Assembly: GCA_021731095.1 (NCBI GenBank)
Contig: JAKFYA010000236.1
Span: 1 to 36,512 of the forward strand
DNA: 36,512 nucleotides
Direction of reading: 5' to 3'
Source: Acidobacteriota bacterium
Lineage (GTDB): Bacteria > Acidobacteriota > Vicinamibacteria > Vicinamibacterales > UBA2999
Position 1 is the first letter of the stretch. Every line of letters begins with the position of its first letter. The translations under genes and the position numbers were made by a program. This document shows, one piece after another, positions 35,757 through 36,512 of this stretch. Below the pieces are notes generated by a model. That model was not told the DNA's origin. It did not search any database and worked only from the letters and a program-made list of their open reading frames with translations.

Positions 35757-36478
35757 CCGCGCCGGTCGACGCGCACCACGATCTGATTGGCGAAGAGGTT
35801 GGGCCAGAGCCGGTGCAGGCCGAAGACGGTGACCCCGTTGCTTGGCAGAATTGCGGCGTCCGGCAGGCCCAGACCAGTCAGCCACTCGCGAAAGTCAGGC
35901 AGCGACCAGAACCGGACGTGTTCACCGGGAAAGACGGCCCACTGAACCGGGAAGCGGCCGAACAGCAGCCGGAGCCGGTGCGGGAAGTAGGCAATGTTGG
36001 GAAAGGTGAGCCACAGCGTGGTACCGGTCAGCGCCCAGGCCTGTCGCAGGAGGCCTTCAGCATCGGCCACGTGCTCGATGACCTCGCTCATGATCACGGC
36101 GTCGAAGGGGCCGGCCGTGGCCACGGCGTCCAGCGTTCCGACCCGCACATCAAGGCCGGCCGCCCGGGCTCTGGCCGCGCCGGTCTCGCTGACATCAAGT
36201 CCGAGCGCCACAACGCCTTTGCGCTCCCGCAGATGGCACAGCAGCACACCGTCCCCGCAGCCCACGTCAAGCACGCGGGCACCGCGAGGCATCCCCTCTT
36301 CAATCAGGAGGAAGCGGGGATGCAGGCTGCCTGGATGGCGGTCGTTCCAGTAGGCGTCATAGTCGATGGCGCGGCCATTGAAGCCGGCCGGGCCCACGGC
36401 ACCGGAGATGCCGCGCTTCAGTTCGAGCCAGCTGAACCAGGCCGAGACCAGCGACCGTTTCAGAGCCGAATCACGCAC
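35753..36478 (-). CDS. Class I SAM-dependent methyltransferase (MetW-like)
   Basis: RVLDVGCGDG, GLDVSE, FDAVIMSEVIEHV, FPNIAY...R.RLLFGRFP. Confidence 0.85.
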   Translation of the reverse strand: MRDSALKRSLVSAWFSWLELKRGISGAVGPAGFNGRAIDYDAYWNDRHPGSLHPRFLLIEEGMPRGARVLDVGCGDGVLLCHLRERKGVVALGLDVSETGAARARAAGLDVRVGTLDAVATAGPFDAVIMSEVIEHVADAEGLLRQAWALTGTTLWLTFPNIAYFPHRLRLLFGRFPVQWAVFPGEHVRFWSLPDFREWLTGLGLPDAAILPSNGVTVFGLHRLWPNLFANQIVVRVDRRG

Positions 36479-36512
36479 GCGGTGCCTGCAGGGCGCGCCA
36501 CGAAGGCGGCAA

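Noticed and set aside
1-36512. Second precursor gene, tRNA/rRNA, CRISPR array, transposase or integrase
   Set aside because: None recognised by eye; intergenic gaps are very short and I saw no further YxxPxL ORF or repeat-spacer pattern. A computational scan could still find something missed.

Overview
High-GC bacterial window, mostly a large surface-polysaccharide locus: a Wzc tyrosine kinase and O-antigen-ligase-like gene on +, and on - a priming sugar transferase, nine glycosyltransferase genes, carbamoyltransferase, deacetylase, methyltransferases, a Wzy-like protein, Wzm/Wzt, an OPX export protein, a beta-barrel and a lipoprotein. The most notable element is a complete lasso-peptide-type RiPP cluster embedded at 2356-11110. 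Its 54-aa precursor gene (7116-7280, - strand) is absent from the ORF track and was found by manual translation: MKNVSSSDSESRDQGETSRKAYRTPKLTVYGDLRHLAL-AKGGKKSDGIRKTTKS. It lies in a tightly coupled operon: cyclase, precursor, HPr-kinase-like kinase, two Fe(II)/2OG oxygenases, PRMT-like methyltransferase, B12-dependent radical SAM enzyme. A divergent unit encodes the RRE (B1), leader peptidase (B2) and a nucleotidyltransferase. Six candidate tailoring enzymes for a 16-residue, Lys-rich core ending in Ser is, to my knowledge, an undescribed combination. Also notable is an orphan Dam-family methylase with three GATC sites at 6-bp period just upstream, divergent from the polysaccharide export operon. 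All product calls come from motif recognition by eye; no database search was run.
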